DNA of 64,000 nucleotides from Gaiellaceae bacterium (GTDB lineage: Bacteria > Actinomycetota > Thermoleophilia > Gaiellales > Gaiellaceae), in the NCBI GenBank assembly GCA_036270155.1, contig DATBDB010000169.1, positions 4,316-68,315 of the forward strand, in the 5' to 3' direction. Made by a program: the position numbers and the translations under genes. The notes under the pieces are model-generated. The model saw nothing but the letters and a program-made list of their open reading frames with translations. It made no database searches and was not told the DNA's origin. Each line of letters begins with the position of its first letter. The first letter of the stretch is position 1. Below, piece after piece: positions 1 through 8,722 of this stretch.

Positions 1-57
1 GTCGTCCGCGCCATCGAATGGCGCTTTGTCTCGCCACTCGAATCCGGCTGCACGAGC

Positions 58-606
58 GTGAATACGTATCCCGTGCTCGCGACGCCCGAAGACGACGTCG
101 TGGTCGGCGCCGCGATCGTTCTGCCGGACCATCCTCAGCTTGCCGCGGCGAGCAGGGGCAGTCTCTTTGACGCGACGGAGATCGAGGAAGCGCTCCTCTT
201 GCACGTGCGGGCGCTCTCGGACGGCGAGCGGGAGGCGATCGCCGCGGGAGACCCAAAGGTTGCGGAGATGATCGAGCGTGCGGCGACCGCGACGCAGGAG
301 GACATCATGCGCCTGCACGGGTTGATGCAGCCCACCGAGCCTGAGACACGCGGCGAGGACGAGACGACCGTCGGCGGCGTCACGGTTCGCCGCGGCGCGA
401 AGCTCGTGTTGCGCCCCCGCGCAGGCGCCGACGCACAGGACTTTCTGCTCGACGGCCGCACCGCCACCCTCGAGCGGATCTACGTCGACTACGACGACGC
501 GGTTCACCTCGCGGTCACGATCGACAGTGACCCGATGCAGCAGGTGCTGCGCGAGAGCGGCCGCTGTCTCTTCTTCAAGCCCGACGAGGTGGAGGTGACC
601 GCATGA
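58..606 (+). CDS. conserved hypothetical protein at the edge of a [NiFe]-hydrogenase maturation cluster; may start upstream of the window
   Basis: The frame is open from nt 1. The stop overlaps the ATG of the next gene (ATGA at 603-606). GC3 is high. I can name no motif. Confidence 0.5.
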   Translation: MNTYPVLATPEDDVVVGAAIVLPDHPQLAAASRGSLFDATEIEEALLLHVRALSDGEREAIAAGDPKVAEMIERAATATQEDIMRLHGLMQPTEPETRGEDETTVGGVTVRRGAKLVLRPRAGADAQDFLLDGRTATLERIYVDYDDAVHLAVTIDSDPMQQVLRESGRCLFFKPDEVEVTA

Positions 607-1088
607 TCCTGGTTGCAGCAGTCGGCAATCTCTGGCTCGGCGACGACGGCTTCGCCGGCGAGGTGGCCAAGGGCCTGCGCGCACGCGAGCTTGCCGACGA
701 CGTGGCGGTCGCCGACTTCGGCACCGGAGGCCTCGACCTCGCCTACGAGGTGATGCGCGGGTACGACGCGCTCGTTCTCGTCGACGTGAGCCGGCAGGGC
801 GGCGAGCCTGGGACGCTGTACGTGATGCAGGTCGATGAGGAGTCGGTCGAGGCGGGGATCGAGGACGGAGCTCAGATCGACCCGCACGGCATGGATCCGG
901 AGACCGTTTTGCGTTTCGTGAAAGCAACCGGCGGCTGGCCGGGGCAGGTCGTGGTCGTTGCGTGCGAGCCCGAACAGGTCGAGGAGGTCGGCATCGGCCT
1001 GACGCCGAGCGTCGCGGCAGCGGTCGACGACGCGGTCGAGCTCGTTGCGCTGACGGTTGAGGAGTTGCGGTGCACGAGCTCTCGCTAG
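603..1088 (+). CDS. hydrogenase maturation endopeptidase (HupD/HyaD/HybD family)
   Basis: N-terminus ILVAAVGNLWLGDDGFAGEV, and later DALVLVD and DPHG, are typical of the family. It sits directly upstream of hypA. Confidence 0.85.
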   Translation: MILVAAVGNLWLGDDGFAGEVAKGLRARELADDVAVADFGTGGLDLAYEVMRGYDALVLVDVSRQGGEPGTLYVMQVDEESVEAGIEDGAQIDPHGMDPETVLRFVKATGGWPGQVVVVACEPEQVEEVGIGLTPSVAAAVDDAVELVALTVEELRCTSSR

Positions 1089-1414
1089 CGAGCGCGATCG
1101 TCGACACCGTCGAGCGGCACGCGGCCGGCCGGCCGGTGAGCGTGATCACGATGCGCGTCGGCGCGCTGCGGCAGGTCGTGCCGGACTCGCTCGAGCTCTA
1201 CGTCGACCTGGTCGGCCGCGGCACCGTTTGCGACGGCGCTCGCCTCGACGTCGAGGTCGTGCCGGCGCGGCTTGCCTGCTGCGGCAATGAGTGGGAGCCG
1301 CCGAGCTTCCGCTGCCCGTCCTGCGGGAGCGGCGGCACGGTCGTCAGCGGCGACGAGTTTCTCGTCGAGTCCATCCAGGTCCAGGAGGTTGAGCCATGCA
1401 TCGCACGTACGTAA
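1070..1414 (+). CDS. hypA: hydrogenase nickel-insertion protein HypA
   Basis: MHELSLA N-terminus and a C-terminal CPSCG zinc-ribbon motif, at HypA-typical length (114 aa). GTG start overlaps the protease gene. Confidence 0.9.
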   Translation: MHELSLASAIVDTVERHAAGRPVSVITMRVGALRQVVPDSLELYVDLVGRGTVCDGARLDVEVVPARLACCGNEWEPPSFRCPSCGSGGTVVSGDEFLVESIQVQEVEPCIART

Positions 1415-2073
1415 AGGTGCTCGAGGACGTTCTGGACGCAAACGGGACGATCGCCGCCGCAAACCGCGACGACTTCGACCGCGCCGGAGTGACCACGATC
1501 AACTTGATGAGCGCGCCGGGGGCGGGGAAGACGACGCTGCTCGAGCGCTCGCTGCGGGGCCTCGACGTTCGGGTCGGCGTGATCGAGGGCGATGTCGCCT
1601 CCACGCTCGACGCGGACCGCATCGCGCATCTGCACGTGCCCGTCGTGCAGATCGACACCGATCCGAGCTTCGGCGGCGAGTGCCACCTCGACGCGAACAT
1701 GGTCCGGTCAGCGCTCCCGTCACTGCGGCTCGACGAGCTCGACCTCGTCTTGATCGAAAACGTCGGCAACCTCGTCTGCCCCGCCGAGTTCCTCGTCGGC
1801 GAGCACCATCGCGTGATGGTCTCGTCGATCGCCGAGGGCGAGGACAAGCCGCTCAAGTACCCGTTGATGTTCCGCGCCTGCGAGCTCGTGATCGTGAACA
1901 AGATCGATCTGCTGCCACACCTCGACTTCGATCTCGATCGCTACCTGCGCAACCTCGACGCAGTTCATCCGCGCGTCCCGCGGCTGCTCGTCAGCGCGAA
2001 AACGGGCGAAGGCATCGACGCGTGGCGCGCGTGGCTCGTTCGGGTCGGGACGCGGAACGCTGTGCCGGCGTGA
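1396..2073 (+). CDS. hypB: hydrogenase nickel-incorporation GTPase HypB
   Basis: P-loop SAPGAGKTTLL, ENVGNLVCP and NKIDL motifs. AGGAGG RBS at 1384-1389. Confidence 0.9.
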   Translation: MHRTYVKVLEDVLDANGTIAAANRDDFDRAGVTTINLMSAPGAGKTTLLERSLRGLDVRVGVIEGDVASTLDADRIAHLHVPVVQIDTDPSFGGECHLDANMVRSALPSLRLDELDLVLIENVGNLVCPAEFLVGEHHRVMVSSIAEGEDKPLKYPLMFRACELVIVNKIDLLPHLDFDLDRYLRNLDAVHPRVPRLLVSAKTGEGIDAWRAWLVRVGTRNAVPA

Positions 2074-3176
2074 TCGAGGCGCGCACCCAGGCGAACGAGC
2101 GCTTCTTCGCGGCCGAGGCCGGACGGATCTCAGAGTTGGCGTGGCGCCTCGCGGAGCGCTTCCTCGCGGGCGGGCGACTGCTCGCGGTCGGTAGCTCCCC
2201 GCAGGACCGCTCGGATGCGCATCACGTCGCAGTCGAGTTCGTGCATCCGGTGATCGTCGGCAAGCGCGCGCTTCCCGCGCTGATGCTCCGGCCCGATCAG
2301 GTGGCGTTGATCGCCGAGTCGGGCGACGCGCTGATCGCCTTCGGCTCGCCGGTTCACGCTCCGCGCGGCTGCCTGACGATCGGCTTCGTACCCGGAAGTG
2401 CGACGTGGGTGTTCGAGCCGCCGTCAAGCGATCCGTTCGTGCACCAGGAGCTGGTCGAGACGCTCTACCACGTGCTCTGGGAGACGGTGCACGTGTTCCT
2501 CGACCACCTCGGCTCGAGCCGCAGCGGCGCCGGTAGCTCGGCCTTTCTCTATCCGTTCCTCGAACGGACCGACGGCGACCTCGATTCGGTGCTCGAGGAC
2601 GTCGCGGCTTCCGTGCAGATCAAGGCGCGCGAGATCGGGGACCTGCGCGCACGCACGGTCGGCGACGGTCAGGAGCTCGTGGGTACAGCCTTGACGCTGC
2701 GGCAGCGCCTTGCCGCCGGCGGCAAGGTCCTCGCGTTCGGCAACGGTGGCTCGGCGACCGATGCAATGGATCTTGTCGCGGATCTCCAGGACGTGGGCTT
2801 GCGCGCGCTCGACCTGACCGCAGACGCTGCGATCCTCACGGCGCTCGCGAACGACGTCGGGCCCGAGGTGCTTTTTCAGCGGCAGGTCATCGCGCACGGC
2901 CGCGAAGACGACGTCGCACTCGCGTTCTCGACGAGCGGCGGGTCGGCGAACATCCTCCTGGCGCTCGCAGAGGCCCGGCGGCGTGGGCTCGAGACGATTG
3001 CGATCGTCGGCTACGGCGGCGGGCAGATCGCCGCCGAAGGGCTCGCCGATCACGTGATCGTCGCCCCGTCGGAGTACATTCCGCGGATCCAGGAGGCGCA
3101 CGCGACCGTTTACCACCTGCTCTGCGGGCTCGTCTCGGCCGAGACCCCGCTGCGCGCGGAGCTTGCTCAGGCATGA
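2070..3176 (+). CDS. tandem SIS-domain (GmhA/phosphoheptose-isomerase-like) protein
   Basis: GTG at 2070 overlaps the hypB stop (GTGA). There are two SIS-like halves (GGRLLAVGSS and GGKVLAFGNGGSATDA, STSGGSANI). The Arg-rich upstream part of ORF 1272..3176 overlaps hypA/hypB and is not coding. Confidence 0.75.
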   Translation: MIEARTQANERFFAAEAGRISELAWRLAERFLAGGRLLAVGSSPQDRSDAHHVAVEFVHPVIVGKRALPALMLRPDQVALIAESGDALIAFGSPVHAPRGCLTIGFVPGSATWVFEPPSSDPFVHQELVETLYHVLWETVHVFLDHLGSSRSGAGSSAFLYPFLERTDGDLDSVLEDVAASVQIKAREIGDLRARTVGDGQELVGTALTLRQRLAAGGKVLAFGNGGSATDAMDLVADLQDVGLRALDLTADAAILTALANDVGPEVLFQRQVIAHGREDDVALAFSTSGGSANILLALAEARRRGLETIAIVGYGGGQIAAEGLADHVIVAPSEYIPRIQEAHATVYHLLCGLVSAETPLRAELAQA

Positions 3177-4189
3177 GCCGCTGGGCCCGCACGCTCGACC
3201 GGCGTGAATGGCTGCGCCTCTCCGGTTTCGCCGGTGCCGTCGGTGCGCTGCACGTCGCGGGGTGGGGCCTCTTCGTCTACTACTCGCGCAGCCAGCCCGC
3301 GCTCGCAGGGCTCGGCACGCTCGCGTACTCGTTCGGGCTGCGGCACGCCTTCGACGCAGATCACATCGCGGCGATCGACAACACAACGCGCAAGTTCCTG
3401 CAGCAAGGGAAGCGCCCGCTCGGTGTGGGCTTCTTCTTCTCGCTCGGCCACTCGACGATCGTCTTTGCGCTCGTCGCTGCGCTGGCGCTCGGGACGACAA
3501 CCGTGGGCGCAGCCGTCCCGGGGCTGCACGGCTACGGGAGCTACGTCGGCCCCGGTGTCTCGGGAACGTTCCTCTGGATCATCGGCGTGCTCAACCTGAT
3601 CGTGCTCGTCGACATCGTTCGCATCTTTCGCGAGCTCCAGAGCGGGCGCTACGACCGCGAGCGGCTCGAAGAGCGACTGCTCGACCGGGGTTTCATGAAC
3701 CGGTTCTTCGTCGGTCGGTTCTTTCGGTTGATCGACCGGTCGTGGCACATGTACCCGCTCGGCGTCCTGTTCGGGCTCGGCTTCGACACCGCGACCGAGA
3801 TCGGGCTGCTCGCAATCGCGGCCGGAGTCGCGACGAACCAGGTTCCGTTGCTCGCGATCATGGCGCTGCCGTTGCTGTTCGCGGCGGGGATGTCGCTGAT
3901 GGACACCGCCGACGGCGCCTTCATGAGCCAGGCCTACGGCTGGGCGTTCTCGAACCCGGTCCGGAAGGTCTACTACAACATCACCGTCACGAGCCTCTCG
4001 GTTGCGGTCGCGCTCTTTGTCGGTTCGATCGAGCTGTTGCAGGTGGTGGGCTGGCGGAACGCTCCGGACTTCGAGCGACTCGGATACGCGATCGTCGCGC
4101 TCTTCGCGCTCACGTGGGCCGCATCGGTGGCGATCTGGAAGGGCCGCAGGATCGAAGAGCGCTGGTGCGGGACCATCGACACTCGGTGA
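3173..4189 (+). CDS. hoxN: NiCoT-family nickel/cobalt permease (HoxN/HupN/NixA type)
   Basis: Signature RHAFDADHIAAIDN and LGHSTIV, multi-TM profile, ATGA overlap with the SIS gene. Confidence 0.9.
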   Translation: MSRWARTLDRREWLRLSGFAGAVGALHVAGWGLFVYYSRSQPALAGLGTLAYSFGLRHAFDADHIAAIDNTTRKFLQQGKRPLGVGFFFSLGHSTIVFALVAALALGTTTVGAAVPGLHGYGSYVGPGVSGTFLWIIGVLNLIVLVDIVRIFRELQSGRYDRERLEERLLDRGFMNRFFVGRFFRLIDRSWHMYPLGVLFGLGFDTATEIGLLAIAAGVATNQVPLLAIMALPLLFAAGMSLMDTADGAFMSQAYGWAFSNPVRKVYYNITVTSLSVAVALFVGSIELLQVVGWRNAPDFERLGYAIVALFALTWAASVAIWKGRRIEERWCGTIDTR

Positions 4190-4221
4190 CGGAACCGAGC
4201 CGCTCGACCGCGCAGGTGGAC

Positions 4222-4260
4222 CTGCTGCGGGCGGCGTGCGCCGCCCGCAGCAGTCTTGTC
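4222..4260 (+). terminator. GC-rich hairpin after hoxN
   Basis: CTGCTGCGGGCGGCG / CGCCGCCCGCAGCAG inverted repeat (4222-4253) followed by TCTTGTC. Confidence 0.5.
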
Positions 4261-4412
4261 AGTCGAGCCGGCGTTCCGCGTCCGGCCCCCCATGTCAATC
4301 GCCTCAAGGAGAGTTTGGCGACAAGGGAGAGGCTCGCGCGCGAACCTAACGGCAGTCTGAGCGCTACCTAGGAATCCCCTCAGGAAGCGTCAGTTCACAA
4401 CTCGCTCTCAGG

Positions 4413-4757
4413 ATGCACCGGCAGCCTGGAAACATGGAGGTACTCCACTACGCAGACGTCGTCCTCGACGAGCGCCGCCGCGAAGTCTCACGGGGCGGCC
4501 GCAGGATCGAGCTGACGGCGACTGAGTACTCACTGCTGCGGTACTTCTTGCAACATCCGCGTCGCGTCGTATCCAAGCCGCAGCTCCTGCGGGAGGTCTG
4601 GCGGTACGAGCAAGGCGGCAGCGTGAATCTGGTCGAGACGTACGTGAGCTACCTCCGGCGGAAGCTGGAGCGCGACGGGCCGCCGTTGATCATCACCGTG
4701 CGCCAGTCGGGATACATGCTCGACGCCGGCGACGAGTCGAGGCCGGCACCGCCGTAG
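4413..4757 (+). CDS. stand-alone OmpR/PhoB-type winged-helix DNA-binding domain with no receiver; possible gene remnant
   Basis: LTATEYSLLRYFLQHPRRVVSKPQLLREVW and VETYVSYLRRKL match the Trans_reg_C pattern. There is no room for a receiver between hoxN and this ORF. Confidence 0.6.
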   Translation: MHRQPGNMEVLHYADVVLDERRREVSRGGRRIELTATEYSLLRYFLQHPRRVVSKPQLLREVWRYEQGGSVNLVETYVSYLRRKLERDGPPLIITVRQSGYMLDAGDESRPAPP

Positions 4758-4789
4758 ACCCCTTTTGCGACGTTTTTAGACCGTTGTTT

Positions 4790-5407
4790 TTAAACCGTGC
4801 CTGCGCGGCGCTCGCGGTCGAGCAGCCAGCGAGTGGCTTGCGTCCGGTTCGTCACCCGAAGCTTGCGATAGACGTTCGTGAGGTGGAACTTCACGGTCGG
4901 CTCGGAGACCCACAGCTTCATCGCGATCTCTCGGTTCGAAAGTCCGGTTGCGACTGCTTCGAGCACTTCCAGCTCGCGCGGCGAGAGGTCGAGCGTCTGC
5001 GCGGAATCATGATCCAACGGGGGCGGCGCGATCGTGTGAAACGCTGTGTGCTGGACAGCGTTCCGGATTGCCGTACCGAGGTCGCGCGGATCGATCGTGG
5101 TGAACACCACACCGCTTGCGCCGTGCCGGACAGCGGCGCGGATCTCGACCGGGTCTGTCACATCCGACAGCACGACAACCGCCACGGAGGGATAGGCCGT
5201 CCGGATGCGATCGACACTGGCCAGGCCCTCCAGTCCAGGTGTCCCCAAGTCGAGCAGAATCACGTCTGGGTGGCGCGCCGCGATCAGCTCCATCAACTCG
5301 GCACCGTGGTTCGCGACGCCGACGACCTCGAAATCGCCGTCGCGCGCGAGCACCTCACGTGCACCGGCAATGAGCAGGGGTCGATCGTTGGTGATGAGGA
5401 TCTTCAT
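4790..5407 (-). CDS. NarL/LuxR-family response regulator (conserved receiver Lys replaced by Thr)
   Basis: Receiver with LLDLGTPGLEG, and a C-terminal LSPRELEVL...SEPTVKFHLTNVYRKL HTH. FTTIDP occupies the place of the usual K-containing motif. Confidence 0.85.
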   Translation of the reverse strand: MKILITNDRPLLIAGAREVLARDGDFEVVGVANHGAELMELIAARHPDVILLDLGTPGLEGLASVDRIRTAYPSVAVVVLSDVTDPVEIRAAVRHGASGVVFTTIDPRDLGTAIRNAVQHTAFHTIAPPPLDHDSAQTLDLSPRELEVLEAVATGLSNREIAMKLWVSEPTVKFHLTNVYRKLRVTNRTQATRWLLDRERRAGTV

Positions 5408-5649
5408 GCAGCAGCAGCTTTTGGAGTTCGCCCTTTAGAACTTCGCCCGCCAAGAGGTTCCCCACACCGTATGGTCGAGGAGGGCCGAGCCTCCTAGTCG
5501 CACGTCGAGACGGAGGCCGCCGTGCCGCTAGTTCTCCGCCGCGTCAAACGGCTGATGCTGCACGTTTCGGTTGGGTGGCCCCAGCCGTTCGGCCTGTCAG
5601 TTCGTCCGACCTTCGTCCACACGCAGCCGTGGCCGGCGGGAGATTCCGT

Positions 5650-5835
5650 CTAGCGGGAGATCCGTCTGCCGCAGTTCGGGCAGATGAGCTGCTCGGGGAG
5701 CGGGCCGTTTGCCGGGAGCCCGATGGCCCGTCGACAAGCAGGGCACGGAATGAAAACGGCTACGCCCGGTCGCAACTTCGGCTTCGTCGCCATGCCGGAC
5801 ACCATGACAGGTTGCGCGGCTACCGTTTGGTGCAA
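5650..5835 (-). CDS. MJ0042-like CPxC...CPxC zinc-ribbon miniprotein (start uncertain: TTG 5835 or internal ATGs)
   Basis: IPCPACRRAI...LICPNCGRRISR. A paralogue with the same layout lies at 17956..18147. Confidence 0.55.
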   Translation of the reverse strand: MHQTVAAQPVMVSGMATKPKLRPGVAVFIPCPACRRAIGLPANGPLPEQLICPNCGRRISR

Positions 5836-5923
5836 GTTTTGACGATCTTCCGGTGCGCACTTTGCGCACTTTCAGCACGCGAGCTGCGTCGTGTCCGTGA
5901 GTTGTCCAAGGCGCGGTGCGCTC

Positions 5924-6559
5924 TTACGACGCTAGGTCGGCGGTGCGCTCCGCGACGAACCCCTGCGAGAACGCCCAGCGCGCGGCTTCGGTTCGATTGG
6001 AGACGTTCAGCTTCCGATAGATGTTGGTCAGGTGGAACTTCACCGTTTGCTCGGTCACCCAGAGCTCCTTGCCGATCGCCTGGCTCGAGAGCCCGCGAGC
6101 GACTGCCTTGACGATCTCGATCTCGCGCTCGGTGAGGCCGGCCAGCCGTGCCGAGGTGTCTTCGTTGAGTGCAGGAAGGCCGAAGGCGTGGTACGCGGTG
6201 CCGTCGACGGCCTGCCGGATCGCGGAGGTGAGGTCGTTGGCGTCGATGCTCTTGAGCACGTAGCCGCAGGCGCCACGCTTGAATGCAGCCTGGATCTGTT
6301 CGGGCTCCGCGCACATCGACAGCACGACGACCTTCAGCTTCGGATGGCGCGCGCGGACGCGTTCGAGGCAAGCGAGCCCGTCGAGTCCGGGCATCCGGAG
6401 GTCGAGGAGCAGGAGGTCGGGGTGGAGCCGTGAGACGAGCGGGAGAACCTCCGGTCCGTACCGGGCCTCGCCGATCACGTCGAACCCCTCTTCTCGACCC
6501 AGCAGGTCTCTCACGCCTGCAAGGAACAGTGGATGGTCGTCTGCAATCAATACATTCAT
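5924..6559 (-). CDS. NarL/LuxR-family response regulator (canonical)
   Basis: ADDHPL, LLLLDLRMPGLDG and YVLKS receiver motifs. LTEREIEIV...TEQTVKFHLTNIYRKL HTH. Confidence 0.9.
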   Translation of the reverse strand: MNVLIADDHPLFLAGVRDLLGREEGFDVIGEARYGPEVLPLVSRLHPDLLLLDLRMPGLDGLACLERVRARHPKLKVVVLSMCAEPEQIQAAFKRGACGYVLKSIDANDLTSAIRQAVDGTAYHAFGLPALNEDTSARLAGLTEREIEIVKAVARGLSSQAIGKELWVTEQTVKFHLTNIYRKLNVSNRTEAARWAFSQGFVAERTADLAS

Positions 6560-6684
6560 GCTGCGCCCCTCTATCCGTCAGTGAGTCGTGGGAGAGCGAA
6601 CCTATGAGGTTGTACTGACAGGTGTGACGGACAAAGGTCTAGGTCCTGCTCGACCAAGGACTCGATCCTGCACAAGGGGGTGGA

Positions 6685-7464
6685 TTGAGCAGACGCGAAA
6701 CCGGTATAGCGTCAGCTATGAGTGAAGAGCGAGGCAGTTTGCTGGTCGCCCGCGCCCTCGCGGCATCGACGAGTGACCCGCGCACGGCGACGGTCATCAC
6801 CGAGGTCTGCGACGAGCTGGAGGCCTTGCTCGAGACACAGGCGACCATTGGTTTCGACTTGCACGATGGACCTTTGCAGTCGCTCGCCGCGGTTCGCCTG
6901 GATCTCGAGCTCTTCCGCTCGCAGATCGCGGGTCTGACCGTCGGGGCCGCGGCGGATGTTCCGCTGCTCGGCCGGGTTGCCGATATCGGGGCGCGCCTCT
7001 CCGCCCTTGAGGCGGAGCTGCGAGACGTCGCCGTTGGGGCCATGGACGATCCCGGTGCCGTTTCGCTGACAGTGCTGATCGCGGAGCTCGCCTTCGAAGC
7101 CGCTGGCGAGCTCAGGGTCGAGCTCCGGCTCGATCCTGAGCTCGATCGACTCACGCTGGCCGAGCCGCAGCGGCTTGCGCTTGCACGGGTGGTCGGCGCC
7201 GCCGTGGCGAACGCGGCGCGGCACAGTGGTGCGCCGCTCATCGTCGTCACGGCGCAACTGCTGTCCGACTCCATCGAGGTCGAAGTTGTCGATACGGGCG
7301 CGGGCTTCGACCTGGCCGGCGCGGCGGCTCGGGCCAACCGCGAGGGTCGGCTCGGCCTGGTCGGGATGAAGGAGCGTATGCGCAGGCTCGGCGGAGAACT
7401 GCGAGTCAGGAGTGCAGTGGGCGAAGGAACGTCGGTTCGCGCGCGGTTGCCGCTCAGTAGCTAG
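6685..7464 (+). CDS. soluble HisKA_3-type sensor histidine kinase (start TTG 6685 or ATG 6719)
   Basis: H-box FDLHDGPLQSL, N-box ANAARHSGA, DTGAGF and GLVGMKERM. No TM segment. Divergent from the response regulator at 5924..6559. Confidence 0.8.
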   Translation: MSRRETGIASAMSEERGSLLVARALAASTSDPRTATVITEVCDELEALLETQATIGFDLHDGPLQSLAAVRLDLELFRSQIAGLTVGAAADVPLLGRVADIGARLSALEAELRDVAVGAMDDPGAVSLTVLIAELAFEAAGELRVELRLDPELDRLTLAEPQRLALARVVGAAVANAARHSGAPLIVVTAQLLSDSIEVEVVDTGAGFDLAGAAARANREGRLGLVGMKERMRRLGGELRVRSAVGEGTSVRARLPLSS

Positions 7465-7564
7465 AGCGGCATCGGCCGACGACCGGGACCATACGTTCGT
7501 CGTTGCGACTCCTGGCCGGGCGTGCGCCGAAGCCGCCGGTTTCACGCTCTAGCGTCGATGAGCG

Positions 7565-8722
7565 ATGGCAGAGGGATACGAAACCGCGGTGCTGATCGCG
7601 TGCAAGAACGGCGAGGCGACGATCGGGAACACCGTTCGCTCTGCAGTTGGCCAAGCCGACGTCTACGTCGTGTCCGACGGTTCCACCGACCGCACCTGCG
7701 AGGTCGCCGAAGCAATGGGAGCGCACGTGCTCGAGCTCACGACGAGCAGCGGCAAGCCGGTGGCCCTGCGAGCCGGCAACGACCGATTCGCGCTCGCTGC
7801 GCGCTATCGCCGGATCGCCGTGCTCGACGACGACACAACGATGGAGCCGAGATACATCGCGCGGCTCGAGAAGAGGATGGACTCGGACCCGCGCATCGCT
7901 GCGGCATCAGGGCGCATCGACTCGCTCTGGGATCACACGCGCCGCTGGAACCCGTTCATTGCCATGCGCGCGTTCACCTACTGGTCGTACCAGGTCACCG
8001 TCAAGCGCGGACAGAACGCGCTCCGTGTCGTGAACGTGATCTGCGGCGCGAACACACTCTTCCGTTCGGATGTGTTCGCGCAGTTGATCCGGGACGACGT
8101 CCCGTACGCCGTTGACGACATGTACTGGGTGGCCGAGATCGTCCGCCGCAAGCTCGGGCGCGTCGAATACGTTCCCGCCGCGCGCTCCTGGACGATCGAT
8201 CCGCATCGCTTTCGCGATTGGTACCGGCAGACGGTGCGCTGGTCCTGGGCGCAGTTCCAGTCCATCCGCGGCCATCGATTCGGGCGCCCGCTCGAGCGCA
8301 CGCGCGGGCGGGGTGTCGGCGTGCGTGTCTCTGGCTTCGACCTTGCCTACCTCGCGCTGATGTTGGACTGGATTCCGTACATGCTCGAACCGTTTGTGCT
8401 TCCTCCCGTTGCGTTCTTCCTCCGCGACTGGATCGACCCTCTGTGGTTCGGCATCTTCTACCTCGCCTCGAGCGTGGGCTGGATCGCCATCGCGGCGGCA
8501 GCCCTGCGAAAGCCGCGGCTGGTTGTGCTCGCTCCGGTTCTCATCGTGCTCGATCTCGTGTATCGCGCTTGCATGCTGCACGCCTTCGTCAAAACCCTGG
8601 TGACACCGAAGATCGAAAGTTGCACGTGGGTCTCGCCGCCGCGCTTCGCGCTCGAGACCGCTCCACCGACGGTCGCCGCTTCGGCCGCGCAACCAGTCAA
8701 ACCACCTCGACAAGGAGAATGA
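7565..8722 (+). CDS. processive family-2 glycosyltransferase (PgaC/NodC/cellulose-synthase-like) with a C-terminal TM bundle
   Basis: VSDGSTD, LDDD and QTVRWSW (QxxRW) motifs. Hydrophobic C-terminal third. Confidence 0.85.
   Translation: MAEGYETAVLIACKNGEATIGNTVRSAVGQADVYVVSDGSTDRTCEVAEAMGAHVLELTTSSGKPVALRAGNDRFALAARYRRIAVLDDDTTMEPRYIARLEKRMDSDPRIAAASGRIDSLWDHTRRWNPFIAMRAFTYWSYQVTVKRGQNALRVVNVICGANTLFRSDVFAQLIRDDVPYAVDDMYWVAEIVRRKLGRVEYVPAARSWTIDPHRFRDWYRQTVRWSWAQFQSIRGHRFGRPLERTRGRGVGVRVSGFDLAYLALMLDWIPYMLEPFVLPPVAFFLRDWIDPLWFGIFYLASSVGWIAIAAAALRKPRLVVLAPVLIVLDLVYRACMLHAFVKTLVTPKIESCTWVSPPRFALETAPPTVAASAAQPVKPPRQGE

Noticed and set aside
1272-2069. Long Arg/Ala-rich N-terminal extension of ORF 1272..3176
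   Set aside because: It overlaps the well-supported hypA and hypB genes in another frame and has a composition typical of off-frame GC-rich translation. The real gene starts at GTG 2070.
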